Assembly (NCBI GenBank): GCA_034780895.1
Contig: JAUZTB010000071.1
Location: forward strand, 15,317,227 to 15,381,226
From: Rhynchobatus australiae
Taxonomy: Eukaryota
Direction: 5' to 3'
Length of the DNA stretch: 64,000 bases
Shown: positions 34,825-47,600 of the stretch, in pieces
Layout of the letters: each line of letters begins with the position of its first letter
Position numbering within the stretch: the stretch's first letter is position 1
Position numbers and translations under genes: made by a program
Notes under the pieces: model-generated
Seen by the model: the letters and a program-made list of their open reading frames with translations, nothing else
What the model was told of the DNA's origin: nothing
Database searches by the model: none

Positions 34825-36384
34825 TATTTTTCCAGAACAGATAGGTTATTAAAGCACAGACGTACATGTGGTGAAGTCCTTGGAAAAAGTGAAAATGGAA
34901 TGGAACCTGGACCATCTGGTCAAATTGGAAATGGTTGTTTCACTTCATCTCAGGGAACGACAGGAGCACGCAAAAAAACAAAATCTAAAGCTACATCTCA
35001 GGAGACCAAGGACAAGGCAGTCCGTAAAAAGAATAAATCTAATATGTCCGAACTGCAAAGTAGCTTAACCAGCTGCAAAGATAAATTGTCTGTGTATAAC
35101 ATGCATGAATATGCTGTTGAAATGCCATTAGGGTCCTCCAGCATAAAGTTGGGAAGTACAAGTGAAGAGGATTTACAAACAAGAGCACCTAAATTGGTAA
35201 TTAAAAAAGTAAATCGGAAGAGCCCTCAAAGGACAGGTCTGAACAATGCAGCACATCTTGTTATACCTGCCACAGAGCTGATGAGGCAAAAGTTGATGGC
35301 TAATAAACAAGGGACTGTGGAATTGAACAGCAACACCAGCATGGATAATATTGTCTTGCTGCAGAATACAGGCAATAAAACAGAACAGGCTAGTAACTGC
35401 AACTATGATGATGCTATGCAGTTTTTTAAGAAAAAAAGATATTTGCAAGCTGCCTCCAGTAACAATGACTATGCAGTGAGTATAGGACAAATGGCATCTC
35501 AGCAGTCTGTAATCCAGGCAGCAGTTGCCAGTGTGATGGATAACGAAACCTCACTTACACTGCTGGATTCTTCTCCAATGAATGTGGATGTGAAAGTTTG
35601 TCATGAGAAATCTGGAATTCCAGATGAAGTCCTTCAGAGCCTTTTAGACCAATATTCCCACAAACATGAGAGCCAGCATGATGTTCCTTTTGATATTGCT
35701 GACCAACATATGCCAATCCATTCTTCAGGAGAAAATCCAGAGATGCACGAGGAAGCTGTTTGCTCTGAACCACATACATCTCGTAGTGACAAAACAGGAA
35801 TGCTCCAAGAATATTCTAAGTACCTCCAGCAAGCTTTAGAAAGAACAAGTCAAGGCGATGGGTTTTCATTAACCCCAGGGATGCAGTTTTGTCCCACTAG
35901 TCTTCCATCAAGTCTCCCCAGCCATAATTTATTCCCTGATAAACAGGCTTACACCACACCTGCACTTGAATGTGGGTTCAGTCCATCTATTACCTCAGTG
36001 TTGCCAACCACCTCACCAAAACCACATTTTGGTTTGTTGGTTGGAAGTTCCCAACCTGGCATTCACTTTCCTGGTACAGAAACTGCTCATCAAAGGCTGA
36101 CGCCATCTCAGGAGTTGGTTGGGCAGCTGGAACAACAAAAGAACTTGGAGGGTAGCCTGAATCATCAGGTCTATCAGATTGAGAATTTTGCCCAGGCCTT
36201 TGGCTCTCAGTTCAAGTCAGGCGGTAGAGTGCCAATGACCTTCAGCAGTGGCACCAGTGAAGAACCAGGCCACCGAATAAGGACTACAGTTTCTGAATTC
36301 TCAGGGTACACTAATTTGTTGTCTGATGCTAATGAGCCAATTAGTACGGGAGCCAAGACTCCGACCAGCCAAAGTTACAGGTAA
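34825..36384 (+). CDS. znf281: ZNF281 last coding exon (end of the C2HC finger 4 and C-terminal region)
   Basis: Acceptor ttttttgtcttcag|; [81 protein letters not shown], all ZNF281 hallmarks. The joined CDS is 2364 nt = 787 aa. Confidence 0.97.
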   Translation, partial: YFSRTDRLLKHRRTCGEVLGKSENGMEPGPSGQIGNGCFTSSQGTTGARKKTKSKATSQETKDKAVRKKNKSNMSELQSSLTSCKDKLSVYNMHEYAVEMPLGSSSIKLGSTSEEDLQTRAPKLVIKKVNRKSPQRTGLNNAAHLVIPATELMRQKLMANKQGTVELNSNTSMDNIVLLQNTGNKTEQASNCNYDDAMQFFKKKRYLQAASSNNDYAVSIGQMASQQSVIQAAVASVMDNETSLTLLDSSPMNVDVKVCHEKSGIPDEVLQSLLDQYSHKHESQHDVPFDIADQHMPIHSSGENPEMHEEAVCSEPHTSRSDKTGMLQEYSKYLQQALERTSQGDGFSLTPGMQFCPTSLPSSLPSHNLFPDKQAYTTPALECGFSPSITSVLPTTSPKPHFGLLVGSSQPGIHFPGTETAHQRLTPSQELVGQLEQQKNLEGSLNHQVYQIENFAQAFGSQFKSGGRVPMTFSSGTSEEPGHRIRTTVSEFSGYTNLLSDANEPISTGAKTPTSQSYR

Positions 36385-36590
36385 GGTCATAAGAATGACC
36401 AGGCTGGAGGGCCTTGAGTGCTTGATACCATGTTTTTAACCATGTGTAAGCACATTGCCAGTCCAAATGTTTATATTATCAGGTTCTGAGAAAAAAATGA
36501 AAAAAATTAATGAAGCCCTTCCAATGCAACATTTTACCATTTTGTTTGGTGCATTCAGTCTGTAATCATGTTAGAACAGTTTGTATTAGG

Positions 36591-36596
36591 AATAAA
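36591..36596 (+). terminator. Proximal AATAAA candidate polyadenylation signal
   Basis: AATAAA 207 nt after the stop, preceded by TGTA motifs and followed by a U-rich tract at ~36635-36650. Confidence 0.45.
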
Positions 36597-39500
36597 TTTT
36601 AAACACAGTGGATAGGCAGAAATTTAACTAAGTCTTGATTTTTTTTTTCTCAGTGGATTGGAAAATGTTTTAGCAAAATAGCATGACTTGGATGGGGTTA
36701 AATGTTTTTGTGGGATTTGTTTTTTTTAAATTCAACTGTACCATTAATGGAAGAAGTGTAGCTGTTAGAACATCAGGGAAATGTTCAACATACAATATTG
36801 AAAAATAGAGACATCATTTCTATTGAGCTATGGCTCTTGTTTATAGTACAACTCAGGAAACATGATGCAGTAAGGGGAGATTTCTGTTGAATCAAATTCC
36901 ACANNNNNNNNNNCTGACTTGAAAGGGGAACAGAACATTGATGTTAGAAAAATTGCAATGTACATATGTGCATTCAAGCATTTGGTCCCTGAAAACAGCT
37001 TTGAAACCACAAGGTATCAGCCTCATTGACTCAAAAGGAATTAATAATTTGACCAATTTCATTTCAGTATAGTAATTTTGAAAAAAAAAGCTAAAAATTT
37101 TTAAAAATTAGGTAGAGCAACACTTTATTTACCTCATTCTACATTTTAAAAGCCGTGAATAGGCAGGTACCAATGCAAGTATCAGTAGTAAAAGTAGCAT
37201 GAATCAACATTGCGTAAATGTAATAATTCCTGTTGGATGCTATTGTTAATGTTAGCAATGTTTACAGGGAAAAAGAGAACTTTTGTTTTAGAAAATTGTA
37301 AAGTACAGGGTGAAAGGATGAAACCACAGTTCTGTACAGTGAAATCTGCAAAGTATATTGAAAAGTTCAGTATGCTAGATCATAAAGTCCTTTATACATT
37401 TCATAGTGTTGCAAAAGAATAGTGTTATAATTCAGATTTACCCATCAGTTTGATAGGTAACCTGCTAATATAATAGCCATTAAAAGTGTGTGGTAATTTG
37501 CTGCTTTGTTTTGAGTTGTAAGACCTTGGAAAAACAAGAAATGGTCACAAGATCAAATCTAGTTAAACCGACAAATGCCTGGTTGGCCCAGTTGTATATA
37601 TTCAAAGTAATTTTGCTTTGATCCTGTATTCCATCCTAAATGCCTGAGGCCGTAATTGATTACAGTACATAAGCTTCGTTATTTATAATTCATAAATAGT
37701 TTGTGTAGTTTCAGGAAGTTGTCTTGTAAAGTTGCTAACCATTATATTGTATGTTTGGAGAAAGTTGTATTTGACTTGAATTATTTCAAGGGTCAGTTAG
37801 AAAATCTCCCTTATCCAGAAAGAACAAATGGAATCCTAGGTAAACTCTGTGTGTCTAGAATCAAGAATGTCTCCTCAGGATCTTCAACATTTCAGACATC
37901 AGATGGTGCATTGATCATAAATTACCTAAGCAACAATAATCATGATCTGAAGCTTTCCCTATTTAATTATCTTAACATGAAGGTTACTCTTGGTCTTTTG
38001 CCACAACCTGCTCACTTTGCTAACTGAGCCTAATTCTATGACATTTCACCATTAAGCAAGTTTAATCTTTTAAACGAATGCAAACTAAACAGGATTACCA
38101 CCGTTTTTAATTGAGTCAACACCCCGCCTGTGTTTTGCTGTCGAGTTGGCCTAACATTTTTGATTTGGTCTTTGAAAGAACACATGATGAAGGAAAAGCT
38201 TTGACCTATAGCCAGTGTAATGAAACTGTTAAAATTAAAGCATTGTAGGACTTCAAATTTGCACAGACAAACTAGGTTCAGATGAAGGAAGCCCAATTAG
38301 ATGAAACCTATTGTCTTTCCTTTACAGTGACTTTACCTCGAACACTCTTGTTGGTAGCCCATTGCATTTATCTTGAATTCGTGCATCACAATTCTGAAAA
38401 CTTTTGTCCTGCTACTGTGAATTATCTAAAATTATGGGTTTATGTTCTCTGATTTCTGTATGTTACTTCGGTGATCTCTCTTGAGGCTCCACACCTTATT
38501 CCTTAAAACCACATCGTATGGCACTATTTAGTGACAACTGATAATTGTTCTTCACTTTAAAACATTAACTCTTTTGTTCTGGGAAGGTGACTAGATCCAG
38601 ATTTTATCTTTTAAAATATCATAGCATATTCATTTTCTACAGAATTCTCTGTTGCTTCCTAGCCTTCAGTAATTGCTGCAACAAATGAAGCTGGAAGGCA
38701 ACAAAGAAAAAAATGACAAAAATCCCTGTGTTTAACTGTGCATTGGTCTACTTGAGCAAAGATTACATATGCTTTAAAGTTTTCTTTATCTTCCATGATA
38801 CTTTGTCATAAAAAAACTTTTTTGACTAGAATGTTGAACCTATTTTGACTCTCTTTCTGTTGTTGTTCATGTCCTTCATTCAAAAANNNNNNNNNNNNNN
38901 NNNNNNNNNNNNNNNNNNNNNNNNNNNNNNNNNNNNNNNNNNNNNNNNNNNNNNNNNNNNNNNNNNNNNNNNNNNNNNNNNNNNNNNNNNNNNNNNNNNN
39001 NNNNNNNNNNNNNNNNNNNNNNNNNNNNNNNNNNNNNNNNNNNNNNNNNNNNNNNNNNNNNNNNNNNNNNNNNNNNNNNNNNNNNNNNNNNNNNNNNNNN
39101 NNNNNNNNNNNNNNNNNNNNNNNNNNNNNNNNNNNNNNNAGTACATTTTGAATATAGCCTGTCAACTAAATTTGTAGTAGTCCAACAATGTTGAATGTCT
39201 ATTAAAATTGACTGAAATGTTACTTAATTTTCTTGCTGTACATCGTGTTTGACTACACATCAAACTTGCTTTATGTAGAAATTGTGACTTGCAGTAAAAT
39301 CTATCTATAAAAAGCTCCATAAGTTGTTTTGGATGCTTCCCATGCATTTCAGTTGAACCTTTATTTCCATGACTGCACTGGTGTGTGATTTAAAGGTGAC
39401 AACAAAGCTTTGTATTTGAAATATTAAATGGGTTAAATGACAAACTTAATTTTTATATACCAAAAATCAAAAGCAAGTATTTCATTTTGAACAAGAATTG

Positions 39501-42500
39501 TTACTTCACAATTTCAAACCTAACTTCTATGCTAGAACAGAATTCCATCTTGTGGTTGGGATATCTTGCCCTTAATGATAATGTAGTCACTGCTGAATGA
39601 AGCTGTAGTTCTGTAATTGAGGTGGATAGGACTGGGACACTGCAGTCCTGACTTTGCAATGGCAGTAATGAACAGGCCATACTATGAGAGTAGTTGTACA
39701 ATGACTCATCCTAACAGTGAGGAAAAAAATCAATATGGTTTTCCATCTTTATATGCCCTACGTTATTGTCTTGACATCTTGACTGAAGAAATTCTCCATG
39801 GGGTTATTTTAGGATTGAAATAAACCTGTTTAAGAATAAATGTTTTGTTAGAATTTAATGAGTTTAAATCACTTAAAGTTGCTGTTTATTCTTTCCCCAC
39901 CATGATGCAAATAGAGAAAACGAAAGAGACCAGTAATGGTTAATTCCATTTTGTTACACACCTATCTCTTTAAAAATTAATCTCCAAAATAACCTAAATT
40001 GATTCCATCAATTGTTGTCTGAAGTTAGATGGGAGTGTTCTTTGTAGCTTAAGCTATTTGTTTCACTTTGACTTCTACTATTGCCTTCATGATTGCACAC
40101 TTCATTGCTTACCAGTTTTAATCTCCAGTCACTTATGTTATCTGATTGAAATTACACAGGCCTCCTCCTAGCCCTTTCATTGTTTTCCCACCAGTTTTGA
40201 TTATTACCTATTTAAAATTTTGCCTTGTTTATTTAAGGACACTGTCAATCATTAAATCCAGTGCATAGACTTCACAATACTATAGAGAATGACAGTTACA
40301 AAATATTTTCTGATTTTTTTTAAGTGACCAGAATATATAATCCTTTGCACTCTATTTAGACTGCTTTTGTCAGAACATTCTAAACTAAATCAGATACTGT
40401 ATATAACTGCTCTATTTCTGTAAAATATTTGTCAAATCTGTCTGGATTGTCTGTTCTAAGGACTTGGCTAATTGCAAGCTTCCAATAGATTAGATGAATT
40501 TTCTAACATTTTAATATTCATGACAGAGGATACATAGCATCAGAAGAATCTTTCTTCCTGCACCTTCATTTCATTTTAATACTAATGTTTATCACCATAA
40601 AACAATTTGCACACACGAAGGAACATTTAAGATAGAGTGTGTGTACGTGTGAGACTACGAATAATGATCTGTTGTCAGCAATATTTTGCATTGAATTTTT
40701 GTAAAATGTTCAACTGATAAAATTGAGTTTGGATTTCAGGAACATTCAAATTGTAGTCACACTTAATATAATTTGGTATTTTTGTGTTGTTATATTTTTA
40801 CCTTCAATTCAAAAGTGAATTTTTAGGATATTTGATTATCAACATAGGGAGTAGGCCTCCTATGACTTCAAAGCAATAATGAATGTGGCACAGTAAATTC
40901 CTGTTTCCAGCCTCTGTCAATTAGGATGGAANNNNNNNNNNNNNNNNNNNNNNNNNNNNNNNNNNNNNNNNNNNNNNNNNNNNNNNNNNNNNNNNNNNNN
41001 NNNNNNNNNNNNNNNNNNNNNNNNNNNNNNNNNNNNNNNNNNNNNNNNNNNNNNNNNNNNNNNNNNNNNNNNNNNNNNNNNNNNNNNNNNNNNNNNNNNN
41101 NNNNNNNNNNNNNNNNNNNNNNNNNNNNNNNNNNNNNNNNNNNNNNNNNNNNNNNNNNNNNNNNNNNNNNNNNNNNNNNNNNNNNNNNNNNNNNNNNNNN
41201 NNNNNNNNNNNNNNNNNNNNNNNNNNNNNNNNNNNNNNNNNNNNNNNNNNNNNNNNNNNNNNNNNNNNNNNNNNNNNNNNNNNNNNNNNNNNNNNNNNNN
41301 NNNNNNNNNNNNNNNNNNNNNNNNNNNNNNNNNNNNNNNNNNNNNNNNNNNNNNNNNNNNNNNNNNNNNNNNNNNNNNNNNNNNNNNNNNNNNNNNNNNN
41401 NNNNNNNNNNNNNNNNNNNNNNNNNNNNNNNNNNNNNNNNNNNNNNNNNNNNNNNNNNNNNNNNNNNNNNNNNNNNNNNNNNNNNNNNNNNNNNNNNNNN
41501 NNNNNNNNNNNNNNNNNNNNNNNNNNNNNNNNNNNNNNNNNNNNNNNNNNNNNNNNNNNNNNNNNNNNNNNNNNNNNNNNNNNNNNNNNNNNNNNNNNNN
41601 NNNNNNNNNNNNNNNNNNNNNNNNNNNNNNNNNNNNNNNNNNNNNNNNNNNNNNNNNNNNNNNNNNNNNNNNNNNNNNNNNNNNNNNNNNNNNNNNNNNN
41701 NNNNNNNNNNNNNNNNNNNNNNNNNNNNNNNNNNNNNNNNNNNNNNNNNNNNNNNNNNNNNNNNNNNNNNNNNNNNNNNNNNNNNNNAACGCAGTGTGAC
41801 TTAAAATAACATTGTTTTCTGCAAGGTCACTGAACAAACTCTACATGAATAGCTTCCTCAGTAACTGAGTTATGTGGGAAATTAACTTGCTTGTTTAAGG
41901 CTTTAAAAAGACAGTGATTAAAATACCATGGTGAAATCAGACTTTGTTTTTAACCAGTAATTTCATTCAATGTGTAATGCTGTCAGAATATGTGTCTTTT
42001 TTTAAATGTGTGATAATTAAAGGGGCGCTGTGGAACCTGGCCTCCTAGTTACAAGATTCAAAATCCAAGAACTTGCAGACAAATGAACCTCTTGGAAGGG
42101 CTGTCAGAGAACGAGTACCCAAAATTTGAAAAATTATTTAACACTTTATCAGGATGGTTTGTTCTGGCTATCTGGAGCACGAATTTGAGTAAAAGGCAAT
42201 AAAGTGTGGGCTGCACTCTTTCCTGTGGTTATGTTCATCACTTAGTTTTTAACCTTCATATGGAGCAGATGAATTTTGTTACAGAACTTGGAATCTGAGA
42301 ATTTATTTCAGGGTTTAATTTCAAATGAAAGGACACTAGACTTAAAAAAATTTTAAATCCAGATGATATTCCACTTCCTGTGTTATTTTAATCATATTCT
42401 CACATTGAAAGCCTTTAATATGGGGTTACCTTTGTAGCACTGAATAGTCAGCAAAGGATTCCATTTTTAAATATTCAGAGCTCTCTGTAGTATTTAACTT

Positions 42501-44671
42501 CTTTCCTTGTGCATTTTTTAAAGAAGACAAATTTGCAAGATTTTAACATTTTAATTATGTAGCATGGTGGAAATAGAGAATTAAGGTCAGCGTTCCCTAT
42601 CTCACTCTCACAAGCAGTTGAATAATGTTTTGCAAGTTAAGGTGTTAAAGAACACTAATTCTGAAAGAACTCTGAAATTACTGTTAGATTCCTGTTCACA
42701 TTTGGACCAACTTCATAATGATTTGAGGAAAACCTTTTTTACATCACATCTGGTTTAATAAATTCTTGTTGAATTCCTGGAGGTTTCATGGCATGACTGT
42801 CTACCTCCAACTCTCCACCCAGTCAATTAATCTTCATTTTGTTAGTTGTAAGAATTTGTGGGGGGGAAAAAAGTACATTAGCCTGATGATTTATTTTCCT
42901 CTTGGGTTAGTGTCTGATAGATTCATCTTTAATTCCTGGAAACTTCAGACTGGTCCTGGAGAGTTGATGGTCCTGATTGCTCTTGATACCCTAAGAGTTA
43001 TTTAGTAGTCCTCCTCAAGTCAGGAAATCCCTTGGCAATATGAAAACAACAGTACAGATATTGTTGATAATTAATCCAGGTGGAGATCTATGCAATATTT
43101 TTCATAAATGCACCGTATTTCTTTCCTACTAAAAATATTTCTCAGATTACAACTTTTAAAATGGCATTAGCAATACCTTGACCTTTACACAGCTGGGTAT
43201 GTATAAAAGCATGGATACTATGCTGATCTCTTGTGGAGTCACAGATAAACATTGTTTATCAAAAGCCATTACAGTGTATGCCGTGTACATATTATACATT
43301 AATTATTAATACTTTCACCAGAATTCAGATAAGGTGACTGTTCATAGGTAGATTTTTTTCAAGTGTTGAAACAGCAATTNNNNNNNNNNCTCATGAGGTG
43401 TGAAAAAGCTGGAGTCAGTGATTTGTTACACCGAAACAGGGGTTACTTTTTAAGAGCTGAAACAATTTCACAGTAAAATTGCATGCAAAACAAGACTTTA
43501 GTCCATGTTCTCTTCAAACCAGCAAGACAGTACATATGCAGGACAAGTGATTTTTAAATCTCTTAGCTGAAGCACCAATTCATTTGTGTCTATCATCATC
43601 CAGCCTCAATGAATTACTGCACGACCGTCACACTGGCTGATACTCTTCCATCTGTAGAGCCATCACATTGCACTCAGNNNNNNNNNNNNNNNNNNNNNNN
43701 NNNNNNNNNNNNNNNNNNNNNNNNNNNNNNNNNNNNNNNNNNNNNNNNNNNNNNNNNNNNNNNNNNNNNNNNNNNNNGCAAGAGGACATCAGCCACCTGA
43801 CACCCACTCCTCTGTAGAGCCATCACATTGCACTCAGTATCCCAGCCAGAGAGCCTTGCACCCTCAAGGATCCAACCACAGAGCCACTGCACCAGTTAAG
43901 ACATTCCCTTCTACAGTGTAACTCTTTTAATAAAAGTTGATAATTACATCAGGAACTCAGTAACAAAATAATATCATTGCACTCTTGTCTATTGACCCAG
44001 AAATGGTTGAGGATGCCTCTTTTGCATGCCACATCAAATCAGTTCATCACACTTTTTCTAAAAGACTCAATAAATGTGCAAGTTTAGATTTCCAACAACG
44101 AAATTCACATATTGCAGTTAAAGGGAGTAAAATTTGTTATTTTTGCACATGACTTGTTCTCAACCTGTGTAGAAGTAAAAATATTATGTCATGGACATGA
44201 GTGAAGGGAGCTGAAGAGGTGAGGGTTCTACAGTAATGGTGTACTTAGTAGGCATGTCACAAAATGGAGATTTAAAGCCACATTTGCAGCTATTAAAGCA
44301 CCAAAAACATTTGCAAAATTTTTGAACCAGGAAAGTCTGTTGTCTCTATTTAAACCATTAGCCTTATATATTAACATACCACATTTACCTCACAATAGCA
44401 GTTTTTGTAGAAAGTGTTTAATTGTGCATTTTTTTTTACAAGTTTGTAAGGAAACTGTTTACTTCCACTCATTATGTGAAATATATTTGTATTATGCAAG
44501 GACCCTTCTGTTACCATTGAGCAGTGTATCTTATTTACTTCACACTTGATTGAAATTATGTAATGGATTATGTCTTTTACCTTTTTTTCCTGTTTGTATA
44601 GATCATGAGATATTTCATGTGAACTTTCTTAATGGTCAATTTAGTGTGTGTGGTGCACCGTTTATGACATC

Positions 44672-44677
44672 AATAAA
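44672..44677 (+). terminator. Distal AATAAA candidate polyadenylation signal
   Basis: Ends a TGTA/U-rich stretch (44400-44670) and is followed by a U-rich tract. Other candidates at 39819, 39835 and 43929. Confidence 0.35.
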
Positions 44678-47600
44678 ATGTTCCTGCCAACCTATCACTT
44701 GATTATATTTTATTTTTGNNNNNNNNNNNNNNNNNNNNNNNNNNNNNNNNNNNNNNNNNNNNNNNNNNNNNNNNNNNNNNNNNNNNNNNNNNNNNNNNNN
44801 NNNNNNNNNNNNNNNNNNTTCATTCCTCAAATATAGGACACTGATGTTAGCAAGGTAGGTTTGGTATATTATTACAATTGTTAGCAGTGAATAGGTAAAT
44901 TCTCAATCAGTAAAGAGAAACCTGCCTCAGTGTTCCACCCATCTCATTCACACATTTGTAGCCTAGTCCAATTTCTCATTCCCAATTACGCATGAGCACA
45001 GGCCAGCCATCAATGCACATGGTGGATGTCTTTAAAAGATGAGTGTCATACCCCTTGGGCACAGTGCAAACTGAACTTAATGTATAAATTGTGTTAGTGG
45101 TTGGGGAAGGGGTTCGGGTTTCTGGACAGAAGATTCAAAACATCTTTTGCTCACCCATGGAATACTTCTGCAAAGTTTAAATGTTTGATCGTTTATTGTC
45201 AACCGCTTTTTATATTTAACAAAAAACAGTTTCAAAATTAGGGAGTTTTTGTTCATTGATATCTTTACCACTCCAGCAGATGCAATTTCTGTGCAGGATC
45301 AAGTTCTGATGTGATTATAGGAAATATGTTCCGTATAATCCTTATTAAGCCAACAAATTCCTTACATGGATGAGGTGAGAGATGTTAAATAAGGCATAAG
45401 CACAACTTGTGCTGAATGACTCCAGCAACTCGGTCAATGCTTCGAAAAGAACCACTGTTTAATACGCTACAAATCTACNNNNNNNNNNNNNNNNNNNNNN
45501 NNNNNNNNNNNNNNNNNNNNNNNNNNNNNNNNNNNNNNNNNNNNNNNNNNNNNNNNNNNNNNNNNNNNNNNNNNNNNNNNNNNNNNNNNNNNNNNNNNNN
45601 NNNNNNNNNNNNNNNNNNNNNNNNNNNNNNNNNNNNNNNNNNNNNNNNNNNNNNNNNNNNNNNNNNNNNNNNNNNNNNNNNNNNNNNNNNNNNNNNNNNN
45701 NNNNNNNNNNNNNNNNNNNNNNNNNNNNNNNNNNNNNNNNNNNNNNNNNNNNNNNNNNNNNNNNNNNNNNNNNNNNNNNNNNNNNNNNNNNNNNNNNNNN
45801 NNNNNNNNNNNNNNNNNNNNNNNNNNNNNNNNNNNNNNNNNNNNNNNNNNNNNNNNNNNNNNNNNNNNNNNNNNNNNNNNNNNNNNNNNNNNNNNNNNNN
45901 NNNNNNNNNNNNNNNNNNNNNNNNNNNNNNNNNNNNNNNNNNNNNNNNNNNNNNNNNNNNNNNNNNNNNNNNNNNNNNNNNNNNNNNNNNNNNNNNNNNN
46001 NNNNNNNNNNNNNNNNNNNNNNNNNNNNNNNNNNNNNNNNNNNNNNNNNNNNNNNNNNNNNNNNNNNNNNNNNNNNNNNNNNNNNNNNNNNNNNNNNNNN
46101 NNNNNNNNNNNNNNNNNNNNNNNNNNNNNNNNNNNNNNNNNNNNNNNNNNNNNNNNNNNNNNNNNNNNNNNNNNNNNNNNNNNNNNNNNNNNNNNNNNNN
46201 NNNNNNNNNNNNNNNNNNNNNNNNNNNNNNNNNNNNNNNNNNNNNNNNNNNNNNNNNNNNNNNNNNNNNNNNNNNNNNNNNNNNNNNNNNNNNNNNNNNN
46301 NNNNNNNNNNNNNNNNNNNNNNNNNNNNNNNNNNNNNNNNNNNNNNNNNNNNNNNNNNNNNNNNNNNNNNNNNNNNNNNNNNNNNNNNNNNNNNNNNNNN
46401 NNNNNNNNNNNNNNNNNNNNNNNNNNNNNNNNNNNNNNNNNNNTTATTTATCTTATGTTGACATAAGCACGCCACACACACACACTATCTTAAAGGAACA
46501 CTCACTCATAGTCCTAGTCCGTAACACATTAAATAACTGATAGTGGAACCAATGAGAATAGTCTGGTAATCAACAAGATTTGTGGTATAACTACACTGTT
46601 GCTGATTTCCCAAAGCAATTAAAATGGACAGCATGATTCCTATGTCACCTCCATGTCTAATGTAAGATGCTGCCTAAACTAAGAATACAAGAGGGCTCTT
46701 AAAATTTTTATCTTGCTGTCTGAAAAAGGATTTGTCAATCCAATGCATAGAATCATGTAATGAACAAATGTAGAGGTCTCACATCAATGGTTTCACCGTG
46801 CTTAATTTGATTTGCACTCAGAGTAATGATGCCACATCCTGACTAATTTAAAAATCAAAGTGCCTGGCCCTATAACTAATATGTCTCTATCTTGATGTGG
46901 ATCCAGTTTTTTTTTCTTCTGCTTCATATATGTGTTGGTCATTCCTATTGGCACAATCAATGTTATTTCCAATAAAATCTTAACTAAAACCAATTCGAGC
47001 TTTCAGCCAAAAGATGTTAAAGCAGTTTCTACCCAAGTGCTGCACTATTTAAATTCTTCAAACGTCTCTACTGAAAGGAGTTTATCGTCCCTTGGTGANN
47101 NNNNNNNNNNNNNNNNNNNNNNNNNNNNNNNNNNNNNNNNNNNNNNNNNNNNNNNNNNNNNNNNNNNNNNNNNNNNNNNNNNNNNNNNNNNNNNNNNNNN
47201 NNNNNNNNNNNNNNNNNNNNNNNNNNNNNNNNNNNNNNNNNNNNNNNNNNNNNNNNNNNNNNNNNNNNNNNNNNNNNNNNNNNNNNGGTGCCATACAGAT
47301 CAGACTTCCTGTCCCTGTTCAATCAGAACAGCCCTGACTTCATGAAGATCTTATCCTGATCCTGCAGATGATGAGAGTGGGACAAAATTTGACCAGCTAC
47401 TCATGCCAACAAGCATTTCCAGTTGCTCTCCAGCCTGTGCCACACTAAATTGATGCAGTGAGTGGTTCCTCCTTGCTTCCAATCCCAGCAAACTGAACAA
47501 TTTCTGCAGACTGACTGCTCTAATCCAGTTAGGCGACCCTCTCCAATCCTGCTCAAAGCCAATCAACAACATTGCCAGCCAGAAAGCCCGACACCAATCA

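Noticed and set aside
24916-36384. Assignment of the gene as ZNF148
   Set aside because: Finger 1 ([14 protein letters not shown]), finger 4 ([12 protein letters not shown]), the MEP..GM.MF.H.PP motif and the C-terminus KTPTSQSYR are ZNF281-type.
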